64,000 nt of DNA from Patescibacteria group bacterium. GTDB lineage: Bacteria; Patescibacteriota; SICC01. The position numbers and the translations under genes are program-made. Shown here one piece after another: positions 1-8,356 of the stretch (position 1 is the first letter of the stretch; every line of letters starts with the position of its first letter). Where the stretch lies: positions 130,219 to 194,218 of the forward strand of contig JBBDXB010000006.1 of the NCBI GenBank assembly GCA_040902515.1, read 5' to 3'. Under the pieces are notes generated by a model. The model made no database searches and had not been told where the DNA came from. It saw only the letters and a list, made by a program, of their open reading frames with translations.

Positions 1-79
1 AACTCGCTTATCCACACCCCGCATCGTCATTTGTCACAGAAATGAGCGGGCTGCCGTACGTTTTACACAGGCCTATGGA

Positions 80-880
80 TTATGCGTACGCCAGGCCGGC
101 CAACGCCGAGTAACGTTCGTTCAGGCCGTTCAGTACGTCCATTTCCTCATGGCTCAGCTCAAAGTCGAAGACGGTAAAGTTCTCGAGGATATGCTCCCGG
201 TCTGACGCCTTCGGAAGGGGCGACGTGCCGAGCTGGATGTTCCAGCGGAGCAGCACCTGGGCGGACGACTTGCCGTGCCGGACGCCGATTCCCTGCAGCG
301 TATGGTCATCCAGCCGCCGGCCCCGCGTAAGCGGACTGTACGCCTGGATCACGATGCCATTGCTCCTGCAGAACTCGAGCATTTCCCGGGTATACCCGAA
401 CGGACTCCATTCGACCTGGTTGACGACAGGTCGCTCGCCGGTGGCTTCCGTGATCTCCTCGATCTGGTCGGTAGTGTAGTTACTGACCCCGATGTCCCGC
501 GTCAGGCCCTGCCGTTTCGCCTGGATCAGTCCTTCCCAGATGTCGCTTCCGGCACCGTGCCGCGGCGGCCGATGGATCAATACGAGGTCCGCGTAGTCGA
601 GACCAAGGTCATCCAGCCGGTCCCGGGTCGCCTCGAGCCCGTCCTCGTCCTCCTCCACCTTGGTGACGAGGAACACTTGTGCCCGGGGGATATCGCTTTC
701 CCGGATCGCCCGGCCGACGGCCGGCTGGGTACCGTAATCGCCGGACGTATCGATCATCCGGTAGCCGGCTTCGAGCGCGGCGCGAACCGTTTCCGCCCCA
801 CCCTCAAGCTGCCACGTACCGAACCCGATCGCCGGCATCCCGGCGCCCGTATGGAGCCTCAGCCTCTCCATGCCACTCAC
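80..880 (-). CDS. Aldo/keto reductase (AKR5/DkgA-like)
   Basis: IGFGTW, D..Y catalytic region (IDTSGDY), VFLVTK, DLVLIH, IGVSNY, NQVEWSP, QAYSPL motifs. Confidence 0.93.
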   Translation of the reverse strand: MSGMERLRLHTGAGMPAIGFGTWQLEGGAETVRAALEAGYRMIDTSGDYGTQPAVGRAIRESDIPRAQVFLVTKVEEDEDGLEATRDRLDDLGLDYADLVLIHRPPRHGAGSDIWEGLIQAKRQGLTRDIGVSNYTTDQIEEITEATGERPVVNQVEWSPFGYTREMLEFCRSNGIVIQAYSPLTRGRRLDDHTLQGIGVRHGKSSAQVLLRWNIQLGTSPLPKASDREHILENFTVFDFELSHEEMDVLNGLNERYSALAGLAYA

Positions 881-1269
881 CCGCCCTTCTTAGCCAGTTC
901 GCGGGCGATTTCCTTCTTGTCCATGTCGGAGGTGCCGCTGATTCCCGCCCGTTGGGCGCGCTTGGCCAGTTCTTCCTTGGTATTGCCTTCCACGTCGACA
1001 CCCTGGAACGTCTCTCCCTTGCCCTGCCGCTTCTCGCTCTGCGACTTCTTCGAGCGCGGATCCGACGGACCGGTACTCCCCTTCAGTTCCCAATGATCGC
1101 CCTTTTTCTCCGCAAGGTTCTTCACGGCTCCCCATGCGGTACGGTGCGCACGTTCCTCGTCGCCGCCGTACTGGTCGTGCGCGCTGTCGAGTGCCTTCCG
1201 GTAGGTATCCTGCACCTTCTTCGACGAGCGCTTGATCGTGTCGGGCATCTCTTCCTTGGTAACGAGCAT
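877..1269 (-). CDS. ChaB-family protein with C-terminal Rho-N-like domain
   Basis: MPDTIKRS...YRKALDSAHDQYG.DEERAHRTAWGAVK; C-terminal TKEELAKRAQRAGISGTSDMDKKEI; SD GGAGG; 4-nt overlap with AKR. Confidence 0.85.
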   Translation of the reverse strand: MLVTKEEMPDTIKRSSKKVQDTYRKALDSAHDQYGGDEERAHRTAWGAVKNLAEKKGDHWELKGSTGPSDPRSKKSQSEKRQGKGETFQGVDVEGNTKEELAKRAQRAGISGTSDMDKKEIARELAKKGG

Positions 1270-1393
1270 GGGTACCTCCCTGGTTACGTGGATCCATTCT
1301 CCATCACGCGGACGGGGATGTGATTAGCATTCCTCACAATCTCCCCGGAATATCCGGGGATTGTTTGTGCAACACTGATACGCTGCCGGGAGA

Positions 1394-2035
1394 TCAGCGG
1401 CCGCGGCGCTCGGCCTGTGCCGGCACCCCGGCACTGTCTTGTCGATCGGACGTATCCCTGGCGTCACCCCTGGACGGTGTCGTCGGAGGAACGCCGTCGC
1501 CTTTCCCATTGTCGCTGCCACCCCGCTGTTCGACCCGTTGACCCGCGCGCTCGAGCCCCTGCCGGGAAACATCGATGGCCCGCTGGACCGCCTCCTGGGC
1601 CTGCTCGGGTACGCGCTCAAGGACATCGCCAAGGACGGCCTGCTGCCGTTCGAGATTGGTCGTGAGCAGCGCTTGCAGTTCCTCCACGTCCTTGCCGTCG
1701 GACGCCATCTCCGAGATCTTCTCCTCGGCCTTCTGGCGAGCCTCCTCCAGCCGGTCCAGCGCTTCTTCGATCCTGTCGGCCGGTGCCTGGTCGGCGACCA
1801 GGGTCTCGACTTCGTCCAGCTTCGCATCCGCTATGCGTAGATGCGCCCGGGCCTTGCTTTCGTCACGAAACGCCGCGGCTACTTCGATCGATTCCGTCGC
1901 CTGTTTGACCGGATAGAGGGCATCCCCGGGGGCGGCGCCAGCGGAAACGGCGGCCGCGGCGCCGCCACCTGCCAGCAGACCGGCGATCACCATCACCGCG
2001 GCGACAGGCACGAAACCTCGCTGGCCGACTTTCAT
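1394..2035 (-). CDS. Secreted/anchored helical protein (DUF5667-like)
   Basis: N-terminal hydrophobic segment, then the PGDALYPVKQATESI motif and a coiled coil. Confidence 0.7.
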   Translation of the reverse strand: MKVGQRGFVPVAAVMVIAGLLAGGGAAAAVSAGAAPGDALYPVKQATESIEVAAAFRDESKARAHLRIADAKLDEVETLVADQAPADRIEEALDRLEEARQKAEEKISEMASDGKDVEELQALLTTNLERQQAVLGDVLERVPEQAQEAVQRAIDVSRQGLERAGQRVEQRGGSDNGKGDGVPPTTPSRGDARDTSDRQDSAGVPAQAERRGR

Positions 2036-2089
2036 GCCGCCATCCTAGCATCCGGCGATTACAGGGGCAACGCGGCCGGAGACGGTGAG

Positions 2090-2815
2090 CTACCTATGGG
2101 CCGAGGCTGACCACCTGATCCAGAGTGACCCGGGCAAGCTCGGCCAATCCGCCACACGATCCGGATACCGTCCCGACTCGACCGAGTCGTACACGTTGAA
2201 CGGGTCCCACCGTTCGGCCCGGCGGGTCTGCGGAGACCGGCGGCCGAGCACACAGAAATGGAGATGGTCACCCGTGTACGTTGTGTACGCCTCGCCGCTC
2301 GACCAGTCTTCGTATGAACGCCGGCCGATTCCCATGCCGGTCATACCGGCCCGGCCGATCCGCTCGCCGGCTGATACCCGCTTGGCGCGGATGCTCCTGC
2401 CGTACTCGCTGACCGGCGCGGCGAGATGGGTCGGCATCAGGTCGCCGCGCTCGTCGCTCGTCGGCGCATAGTACGGGATGCCTCCCTCGACTGAATCGAG
2501 GTGCGCGTACTGCGTGTAACGCCCGGGCTTGTGCCAGATCTGCACCACTAGCCCGACGCCGAACCAGATCGGCTCGCCATCATGCCGCCGCGGTTCGTCG
2601 CCGTCCCTGAGTTGGTATTCCTGGAAGGTGGCGATCGCCAGGCCGCCGGCGGCGGCCAGCACCGGCGTGCCCCTGGATGCGTCGAAGTCAATGGCTCCGT
2701 GGCGTTCGACCCCGTGGACCCGCTTCTCCGTCTCCGAATACTCCCAGCCGGTCGCGATCTCTGGCTCAAACCCTGCTTCGAAGAGCGGGCTTAGGAATGG
2801 CTTGGGTGCGGGCAT
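2090..2815 (-). CDS. M23 family metallopeptidase
   Basis: HGAID (HxxxD), GTPVLAAAGG, YAHL, GDHLHF (HxH). Confidence 0.85.
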   Translation of the reverse strand: MPAPKPFLSPLFEAGFEPEIATGWEYSETEKRVHGVERHGAIDFDASRGTPVLAAAGGLAIATFQEYQLRDGDEPRRHDGEPIWFGVGLVVQIWHKPGRYTQYAHLDSVEGGIPYYAPTSDERGDLMPTHLAAPVSEYGRSIRAKRVSAGERIGRAGMTGMGIGRRSYEDWSSGEAYTTYTGDHLHFCVLGRRSPQTRRAERWDPFNVYDSVESGRYPDRVADWPSLPGSLWIRWSASAHR

Positions 2816-2879
2816 GGCTCACGACATTGTATCATCGTGGCCATTTGTCCGATTGCTTCGTTGCACCCATCGATTACGA

Positions 2880-2930
2880 GCCCTTTCGACCTGAACTTCC
2901 CAGGTCTCGTCAGGCGCTATGCGCAAGGGC
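2880..2930 (-). ncRNA. Type III hammerhead ribozyme (copy 2)
   Basis: GCCCU-U-GCGC(AUA)GCGC-CUGACGA-GACCUGG(GAAGU)UCAGGUC-GAA-AGGGC: complete core and three stems; triplet CUU. Confidence 0.85.
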
Positions 2931-3033
2931 ACTTCACGCTGGGTCTGGGTCTCTTGCGAGTCAGTCTTGGTGGACGAATCCAAGCGCGTGAAGTTATGTA
3001 CGTCCGCGGGTCAAACATCAGCCGTCGGTGTGG

Positions 3034-3213
3034 CTATCGCCGTGGTGGTCGGGACTGCCGTGCACGAGAGCCCATGTAGGAGAGGAAAATCGCCGCAAGG
3101 AAAGTGAGGGCGAGTGGCCACATGTACACCGCATCGTCTGTCCTCATCAATAGGCTGATGAAGACAGCACCAAGCACGGCGTTTGCGATGCCCACAATCG
3201 TAATCAAGCTCAT
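3034..3213 (-). CDS. Small two-TM membrane protein (59 aa)
   Basis: Start reassigned to the ATG at 3213 after SD AAGGAG; two hydrophobic helices and an Arg-rich tail. Confidence 0.7.
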   Translation of the reverse strand: MSLITIVGIANAVLGAVFISLLMRTDDAVYMWPLALTFLAAIFLSYMGSRARQSRPPRR

Positions 3214-3252
3214 GACGTACTTCTCCTTCGTTTCGGAGTCAGGACAATACTG

Positions 3253-3264
3253 CTGTGAAAGAGC
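3253..3264 (-). promoter_or_regulatory. boxA-like motif GCTCTTTCACAG
   Basis: Close to the rrn boxA consensus GCTCTTTAACA; lies in the leader of 3034..3213. Confidence 0.55.
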
Positions 3265-3446
3265 CAGGGGCGGAGCTCCTTGCACTATGCAATGCTCCGG
3301 GGGCTAGAGCCTATTTGAAATCTTCGAGGGTTTTTTCGAGCTCATCCGGTTTGATAACCTGGCCGATGCCATAGTAGCTCATTACGTCCGATTCCAAAGC
3401 GGTGTAATCGATTCCGAAACGTGGCATATCCCAGGCATATGGATCA

Positions 3447-3965
3447 TCACCTAGAAGCGTACGCGGAACGCTTGGCCGGCTTTCTTGACTGAGCCTGCTT
3501 AGCGCGCTCGTTATTCCGAATCATCCGCTTAGCCTGAGTCACAATCGCCCGGTCCTCAGTGTAGTCGAGAAAATCGAATCTTTTCTTGATGTCTATCCAG
3601 CGCGCCTCGGATATTTCACGATTCTTCTTCCGCAACGTGCCGCCTTTATATTTCATTAAGAACCAGTGCACATCAGCGAGCCTCTGTTGCTTGCCTTTTC
3701 GTGAGGGCAGATAGGAGTACCGGCTGATGTACTTCACCAAATCGGCGTTAACCCCTGTTTCTTCCTTAACCTCCCGGATCGCTGTCTTCTGGATATCTTC
3801 GTCTCGTTCGACGTGCCCCTTGGGCAGACTCCAATCATTCATTTGGTTTCGGTGGACCACCAACAGCTCGTACGATCCGTTTCGTTTGCGATATACAATT
3901 CCGCCAGCGGAGTGCTCTAGCTTAATTGAGACCTTTTTTGAATCTATCTGTCGTAGTGCCCTCAT
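3447..3965 (-). CDS. NUDIX hydrolase (Ap4A hydrolase-like)
   Basis: SAGGIV, WSLPKGHVERDEDIQKTAIREVKEETG Nudix box. Confidence 0.92.
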   Translation of the reverse strand: MRALRQIDSKKVSIKLEHSAGGIVYRKRNGSYELLVVHRNQMNDWSLPKGHVERDEDIQKTAIREVKEETGVNADLVKYISRYSYLPSRKGKQQRLADVHWFLMKYKGGTLRKKNREISEARWIDIKKRFDFLDYTEDRAIVTQAKRMIRNNERAKQAQSRKPAKRSAYASR

Positions 3966-3969
3966 AGAC

Positions 3970-4185
3970 TCAAATATAGCTGAGGCGACTCTTCAACGGG
4001 CCAGAATGGCCTTTTATCTCATTCTGCGCAGCTTCGTGCAGTCCTGGCTCTACGGCCTGCAACATTTCCCAATCTTGCGGCTCAAGTAACACCAACATCG
4101 TCGTGATCGTCTTTTCAGTGTCATCCGGAACGTGGATGCGGTTTCGCGCAGCTTCGCTTCTTGCGTAATCTTCAATGCCTAACAC
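3970..4185 (-). CDS. Hypothetical protein (possibly a fragment)
   Basis: 71-aa ORF abutting the NUDIX gene on the same strand; no recognised motif. Confidence 0.35.
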   Translation of the reverse strand: MLGIEDYARSEAARNRIHVPDDTEKTITTMLVLLEPQDWEMLQAVEPGLHEAAQNEIKGHSGPLKSRLSYI

Positions 4186-4303
4186 GGTTCTTCATCTCTG
4201 CCACAATCAAGCAAATCTCTAAACCAAACGTTGATGCTCTTAGAGGAACTGAGTTGTAGTGACGGGCCTTTAGGCACGGAATGGGACAGTCTAAAAGGCA
4301 CCG

Positions 4304-4951
4304 CTAGCTCCTGGGAATGAATCGCTTGGCCGCGTCGTCCTTCAGCTGCACCGATTGCTCCAGGTCGAATGTATCATTCAGCGCCTGCTTCACGAGCCAG
4401 TAGCCCGCGCGATACCCGGCCCACTTGCCGAACGGACCGTCGAAGAACCACTCCGCGTGGTTGTATTGCTCGTTATCCCACTGCTGCTCGATCTGCCGCC
4501 AGACTTTCGGGGCGAGAGCCGGTCCGGTAATCCACGGCGCCTGCCAGCCGGACTGGATCCCCGCGAACCAGCACGCCATACCCTCGGTCACCAACGCCCG
4601 CCCCAGCGTTTGGCCGTATCCCCCGTTCTGCCAGCGGGTCAGGTGGTGGAGCTCATGGGCAATGGCGTCAATTAACGGCGGCTCGTCCGTCGGCCATTCT
4701 TCGACCGCAACAAACGCTTCGTGCGCATTAGGGGAATATCCGCCCGGATACCTACCCTCGATCGTCGCTTCCGAAATATCCCTGACGTAAAGCGTCTGCC
4801 GATCGTCCTTAATCTGAGGAGCAATCGCCTTCCAAATATCGGCTACTTTCGTGGGAAGCTTCGGCTGGGTGTCACCCTGCAAATTCACACACAAAGCCAG
4901 CAAGACCTTGCCCTGCGCCGAAAAGTCCATGGTCGTATATGAATCAGGCAC
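4304..4951 (-). CDS. Predicted Zn-dependent protease (DUF2268-like)
   Basis: AHELHH (HExxH), LVTEGMA, GKWAGYRAGYWLVK. Confidence 0.82.
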   Translation of the reverse strand: MPDSYTTMDFSAQGKVLLALCVNLQGDTQPKLPTKVADIWKAIAPQIKDDRQTLYVRDISEATIEGRYPGGYSPNAHEAFVAVEEWPTDEPPLIDAIAHELHHLTRWQNGGYGQTLGRALVTEGMACWFAGIQSGWQAPWITGPALAPKVWRQIEQQWDNEQYNHAEWFFDGPFGKWAGYRAGYWLVKQALNDTFDLEQSVQLKDDAAKRFIPRS

Positions 4952-4982
4952 ATGTACAAGATAGACCTAGTGCACAGCAAAT

Positions 4983-5011
4983 AAAAACAGCCACACCTAA
5001 TGGGTAGCTGT
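4983..5011 (-). terminator. Intrinsic terminator of the RiPP operon
   Basis: ACAGCUAC...GUGGCUGU stem followed by a U tract. Confidence 0.75.
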
Positions 5012-5012
5012 T

Positions 5013-5063
5013 CCCGTTTCGACCGAAACTTCCTCGGTCTCATCAGACGCTAAGCGTGACGGG
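5013..5063 (-). ncRNA. Type III hammerhead ribozyme (copy 1)
   Basis: CCCGU-C-ACGC(UUA)GCGU-CUGAUGA-GACCGAG(GAAGU)UUCGGUC-GAA-ACGGG: canonical core, GUC cleavage triplet. Confidence 0.92.
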
Positions 5064-5155
5064 CCCGACATGATCCTGTGATGTTGCGTAAGCAACCAGG
5101 ACCATGCCGGGTATTAGCGAGGTTAGCTAGAATAAGCTCGCTATTTCTCCCTTGT

Positions 5156-5401
5156 TCAGGGCGCGAGCGGTGACGATGGAACAGTTCCGACACCGAGCGG
5201 TGCTCGACTGCATCGGGAGCTCTGCGCGAATCCACTCGATTGACCAGACCCCTGGCAGCCACCGCAGTTGCCGCCACCGCAGTTGCCACCGCAGTTCGGG
5301 CCACCGCACATCGGCCCAGGCTCTCCACCGCCACAACTGCCATTGCCGGCTATCCCGGCACGAGTAGCGGGGCGCTGACGAACGCTGACTGTAATATCCA
5401 T
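5156..5401 (-). CDS. RiPP precursor peptide (Gly/Cys/Ser-rich, 81 aa)
   Basis: SD AAGGAGGT then ATG at 5401, 13 nt after the YcaO stop; five CGG units, 7 Cys. Confidence 0.85.
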   Translation of the reverse strand: MDITVSVRQRPATRAGIAGNGSCGGGEPGPMCGGPNCGGNCGGGNCGGCQGSGQSSGFAQSSRCSRAPLGVGTVPSSPLAP

Positions 5402-5413
5402 GTTCACCTCCTT

Positions 5414-7234
5414 TCAGGCGAACGGATGAGGTGTGGTGGGCCCGTAGTCAGAGAAGTCAATTCTCCTGCCCAACACGCGATCATCGATTTGTATTGTTTC
5501 GCCGGCGCGCGACATTCCGTACGGCTCCTGATCATAGCCAAAGGTAATCGGCAAGAGTCCAGGGATGAACGCCCGGACGACATGGAGACCCTCAGAAAGC
5601 GGCAGCGTCAAATCGACTACCACCGGCTCCGAGACCACCGAACCGATCTGCGACAACTTGCCCACGTGGCCATGGACATCCTGCAGATCAGTCAGTTCCG
5701 TTGAGCTGTGAAGGAACGCGGCACCTTCAGCAACCGTGCTGTCAGTATACAGCTTCTGATGGTCAGTCGCCGAATGCACATCCTCCAACTGTATCTCTTC
5801 TTCTGGCTGGAAGAGATCACCACCCCACAAGACCGAACCGGCCTCGTAAAGCGCTTTTCGAGCAGCGCTCTCTGCGTCAAAGGCACACCCACTACCGAGA
5901 ATGAGTGTCCGCTTGGTATGGACGGCGCAGAGAATCACCGGCAACGTCTCGAGCGTCAGATTGACGAAATCAGCACTGTAGCCGACTTGGTTCAACCTCT
6001 CTAGCCACGGGCTGAACTCCTCTGGAAGTGATTCCGCACTGATGCGCTCACGCGAAACCCGTTGCAGCCAGGTCCACATATACGCATCACGCTCAATGAC
6101 CTCAAAAACCGCTCGCTTTATCGCCTCGTCGTAAGACGTATGTGCGGCAATGCCCGAGCTATTCGAAGCCGCTAGACTACTTCCAGGAAACGGGAACAGC
6201 GTCAGCTCGGCGGGGACCCAGCGAGCGGAACCACTCAACGTCTTCCCCTCGATCCAATGGTACGGACGTGAGGGCTCGTATTTGTGCAGAGATAAGTTGG
6301 ACCGGTACTGACGCTCATTGAACTTAATCAACGATCGAGGGTCGCACACCGGAGCTGGCAACTCACCCTCGGTTCCGGATTGGAGCTGACGCTCCGCTAC
6401 CTCCCCACTTACGAAACGCTCAGTAGCCTCGGCATAGGCGATGACGCGAGCCTCAGCTGCCGTGGATGCCAGCCCCATACAGGCCGCGTCCTTATGATCC
6501 TCAGCGAAAAGCAGGTTCGGACACGCATACTTGCTACTGCAGAGGTGAACGCCCAGCGACCGCGAAAGGTCACTCGTATTCACAACCGTGTACCGAACGA
6601 TGCCCAACCGGGAATCATTTTGCCACCCTCGCAGAACTTTGTTTCGCTCTATCGAGGTGACTTTGAGATCAGGAAGGTCGACTACGTGAACCATATCCTC
6701 ATCCCATTCCTGCGACTGCTCAACCACCTGCGCCAAGAGGGCTCTCGGGGGCTGGTCACCGACCACGGTGACTTCCTCGCTTCCGGCACAATAGCCGTAG
6801 GCATACAACCGCTCCTCCGGCTCGATGTTGGCGATGAACGCCCTCACTGCGCGTTTGGTAAGCGCAGCATCGGCTCCGACTGGCAACACCAGCACCTCCT
6901 CGGCCGTAGTAACGAACCGAGAGACCTTGTTATTGCCCACCAGCCGAACTATGGCGTCTCCGAGGGGGGTCACCTCATCCGGCAGTGGTTCTTCGGAGCT
7001 GCGACCTTCCCGGATGAATCCCGCATCGAGTAGCGCTGTGGTTAACTGAGCTTCTTTCTGGGAATCAAGTCCGATCGACTGTAATGCGTCAAACCCTGAT
7101 TTGAAGAGTTTCAGCATCTTCATCTTGCTGTCATGAGGGAGGTTGAACTTCAGTCGACTAGTCGACTCTGGTGAAATGAACACCAAACCCTCCCCCGTCA
7201 CACCGCACAGGTGCGACAACGGCAGGATATACAT
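5414..7234 (-). CDS. YcaO cyclodehydratase (azoline-forming type)
   Basis: AEATER and FEVIERD ATP-binding motifs, SNSSGIAAH, Pro-rich C terminus PTTPHPFA. Confidence 0.93.
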   Translation of the reverse strand: MYILPLSHLCGVTGEGLVFISPESTSRLKFNLPHDSKMKMLKLFKSGFDALQSIGLDSQKEAQLTTALLDAGFIREGRSSEEPLPDEVTPLGDAIVRLVGNNKVSRFVTTAEEVLVLPVGADAALTKRAVRAFIANIEPEERLYAYGYCAGSEEVTVVGDQPPRALLAQVVEQSQEWDEDMVHVVDLPDLKVTSIERNKVLRGWQNDSRLGIVRYTVVNTSDLSRSLGVHLCSSKYACPNLLFAEDHKDAACMGLASTAAEARVIAYAEATERFVSGEVAERQLQSGTEGELPAPVCDPRSLIKFNERQYRSNLSLHKYEPSRPYHWIEGKTLSGSARWVPAELTLFPFPGSSLAASNSSGIAAHTSYDEAIKRAVFEVIERDAYMWTWLQRVSRERISAESLPEEFSPWLERLNQVGYSADFVNLTLETLPVILCAVHTKRTLILGSGCAFDAESAARKALYEAGSVLWGGDLFQPEEEIQLEDVHSATDHQKLYTDSTVAEGAAFLHSSTELTDLQDVHGHVGKLSQIGSVVSEPVVVDLTLPLSEGLHVVRAFIPGLLPITFGYDQEPYGMSRAGETIQIDDRVLGRRIDFSDYGPTTPHPFA

Positions 7235-7235
7235 A

Positions 7236-8186
7236 TCAACCTCCAGTAATGATGGTTAGTAATGGAACAACCTCCTCGGACAGCTCGAGAAATTCCTGAG
7301 TCTCTCGGTCGAGGAACCCCCCGATCGGGCGCATCTTCACACCCAGCTCCGCTGCAGCCAGCATGGCATTCTGCATCGCCGCACCAGCCTCGAGGAGTAC
7401 GTACCGATAGGCCCGGTTACCATACTTCTGGGCACTTCGGTCCAGGTCGGCCGAGATAAAAATTACAACCTGGCCCTGACTGAGCAGCTCGTCAGTCGGT
7501 TCGGCGTTCAGCATGATGGTGAAAACATCCTGCTTGGCCGGGTTGACCGACTGAAGCATCCCGGTCTCTACGTTGAACCACCAGAGACCCCGATTCAGGC
7601 CGTCGATCTGACCGTGTGCGGCCACGTGGATGACTAGCGGATAAAGAGCGCCGCCAGAAGGGACAGTCCGGTGTCCGCTCTCGGTAAACCCGTACGTGGC
7701 ACGGACGATTCCAGATAGCGATTGAAGCGTCAGCTTGGTTCCAGAGTCCTCCGGATACGCCGACGACCTTTGCGCAAGCAGACGCGCCAGCTCTAGGCCT
7801 GAATCGGGAGTCTCCAGCACCTTGCCGGCATTACTCGGCTCCCAACGAGGCGCCGCCGTGATGGCAGCAATTTCCTCATCGGTACGAGGCTCAAAGAACG
7901 GATTTTCTCCGTTTGAGCTGGCCCGGTGAAAGAAGCGGAACGCCTGAGTGCAATCAGCGACCACACCCAACTGCTTAAGCTTTTTAAGAAGCTCGAGAAT
8001 ATCCTCTCGCTCCCCAGGCCACTGACTGAGAATATCATCCGACATCCTGGTTCCGTCGCAAAGCTCCAGAACCTGCTCAGCCAAACCGACCTCGTTGCCC
8101 TCGAGCACTACCTCTACTGCTCCCGACTGAAGGACAAGCTTGCCGTCTTCATGCCGGACTACCGCCAGAAGCAGCGGCCGATTCAT
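7236..8186 (-). CDS. SagB/ThcOx-type FMN-dependent azoline dehydrogenase with N-terminal wHTH/RRE-like domain
   Basis: RTVPSGGALYP, KYGNRAYRYVLLEAG, RPIGGF motifs; SD AAGGAGG. Confidence 0.93.
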   Translation of the reverse strand: MNRPLLLAVVRHEDGKLVLQSGAVEVVLEGNEVGLAEQVLELCDGTRMSDDILSQWPGEREDILELLKKLKQLGVVADCTQAFRFFHRASSNGENPFFEPRTDEEIAAITAAPRWEPSNAGKVLETPDSGLELARLLAQRSSAYPEDSGTKLTLQSLSGIVRATYGFTESGHRTVPSGGALYPLVIHVAAHGQIDGLNRGLWWFNVETGMLQSVNPAKQDVFTIMLNAEPTDELLSQGQVVIFISADLDRSAQKYGNRAYRYVLLEAGAAMQNAMLAAAELGVKMRPIGGFLDRETQEFLELSEEVVPLLTIITGG

Positions 8187-8212
8187 AATGACCTCCTTGT
8201 TCTATTTCCTAT

Positions 8213-8241
8213 GAATTAAAGAACAGCGGAGAATTATAGCA
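8213..8241 (-). promoter_or_regulatory. Extended -10 promoter (TGcTATAAT) plus boxA-like GTTCTTTAATTC of the RiPP operon
   Basis: Minus strand reads gTGcTATAATtctccgctGTTCTTTAATTC upstream of sagB. Confidence 0.6.
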
Positions 8242-8356
8242 CTTTCCCAGCCAGGACAATTGGTACATTCCGACGAACTCACCAACCTCGGTCGGGTTGG
8301 GAACTGGCTTTTCCGTGCTATTGCGAGGTTTTCGCGCATCGGTTCCAGTCTGTGGC

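Noticed and set aside
3310-3430. 38-aa minus-strand ORF MPRFGIDY... after the NUDIX gene
   Set aside because: No recognisable motif or clear SD; may be a remnant
5050-5343. Alternative-frame ORFs over the precursor (AVATAVAA or WRQL repeats)
   Set aside because: They lack the strong SD; only the Cys/Gly frame matches YcaO/SagB chemistry
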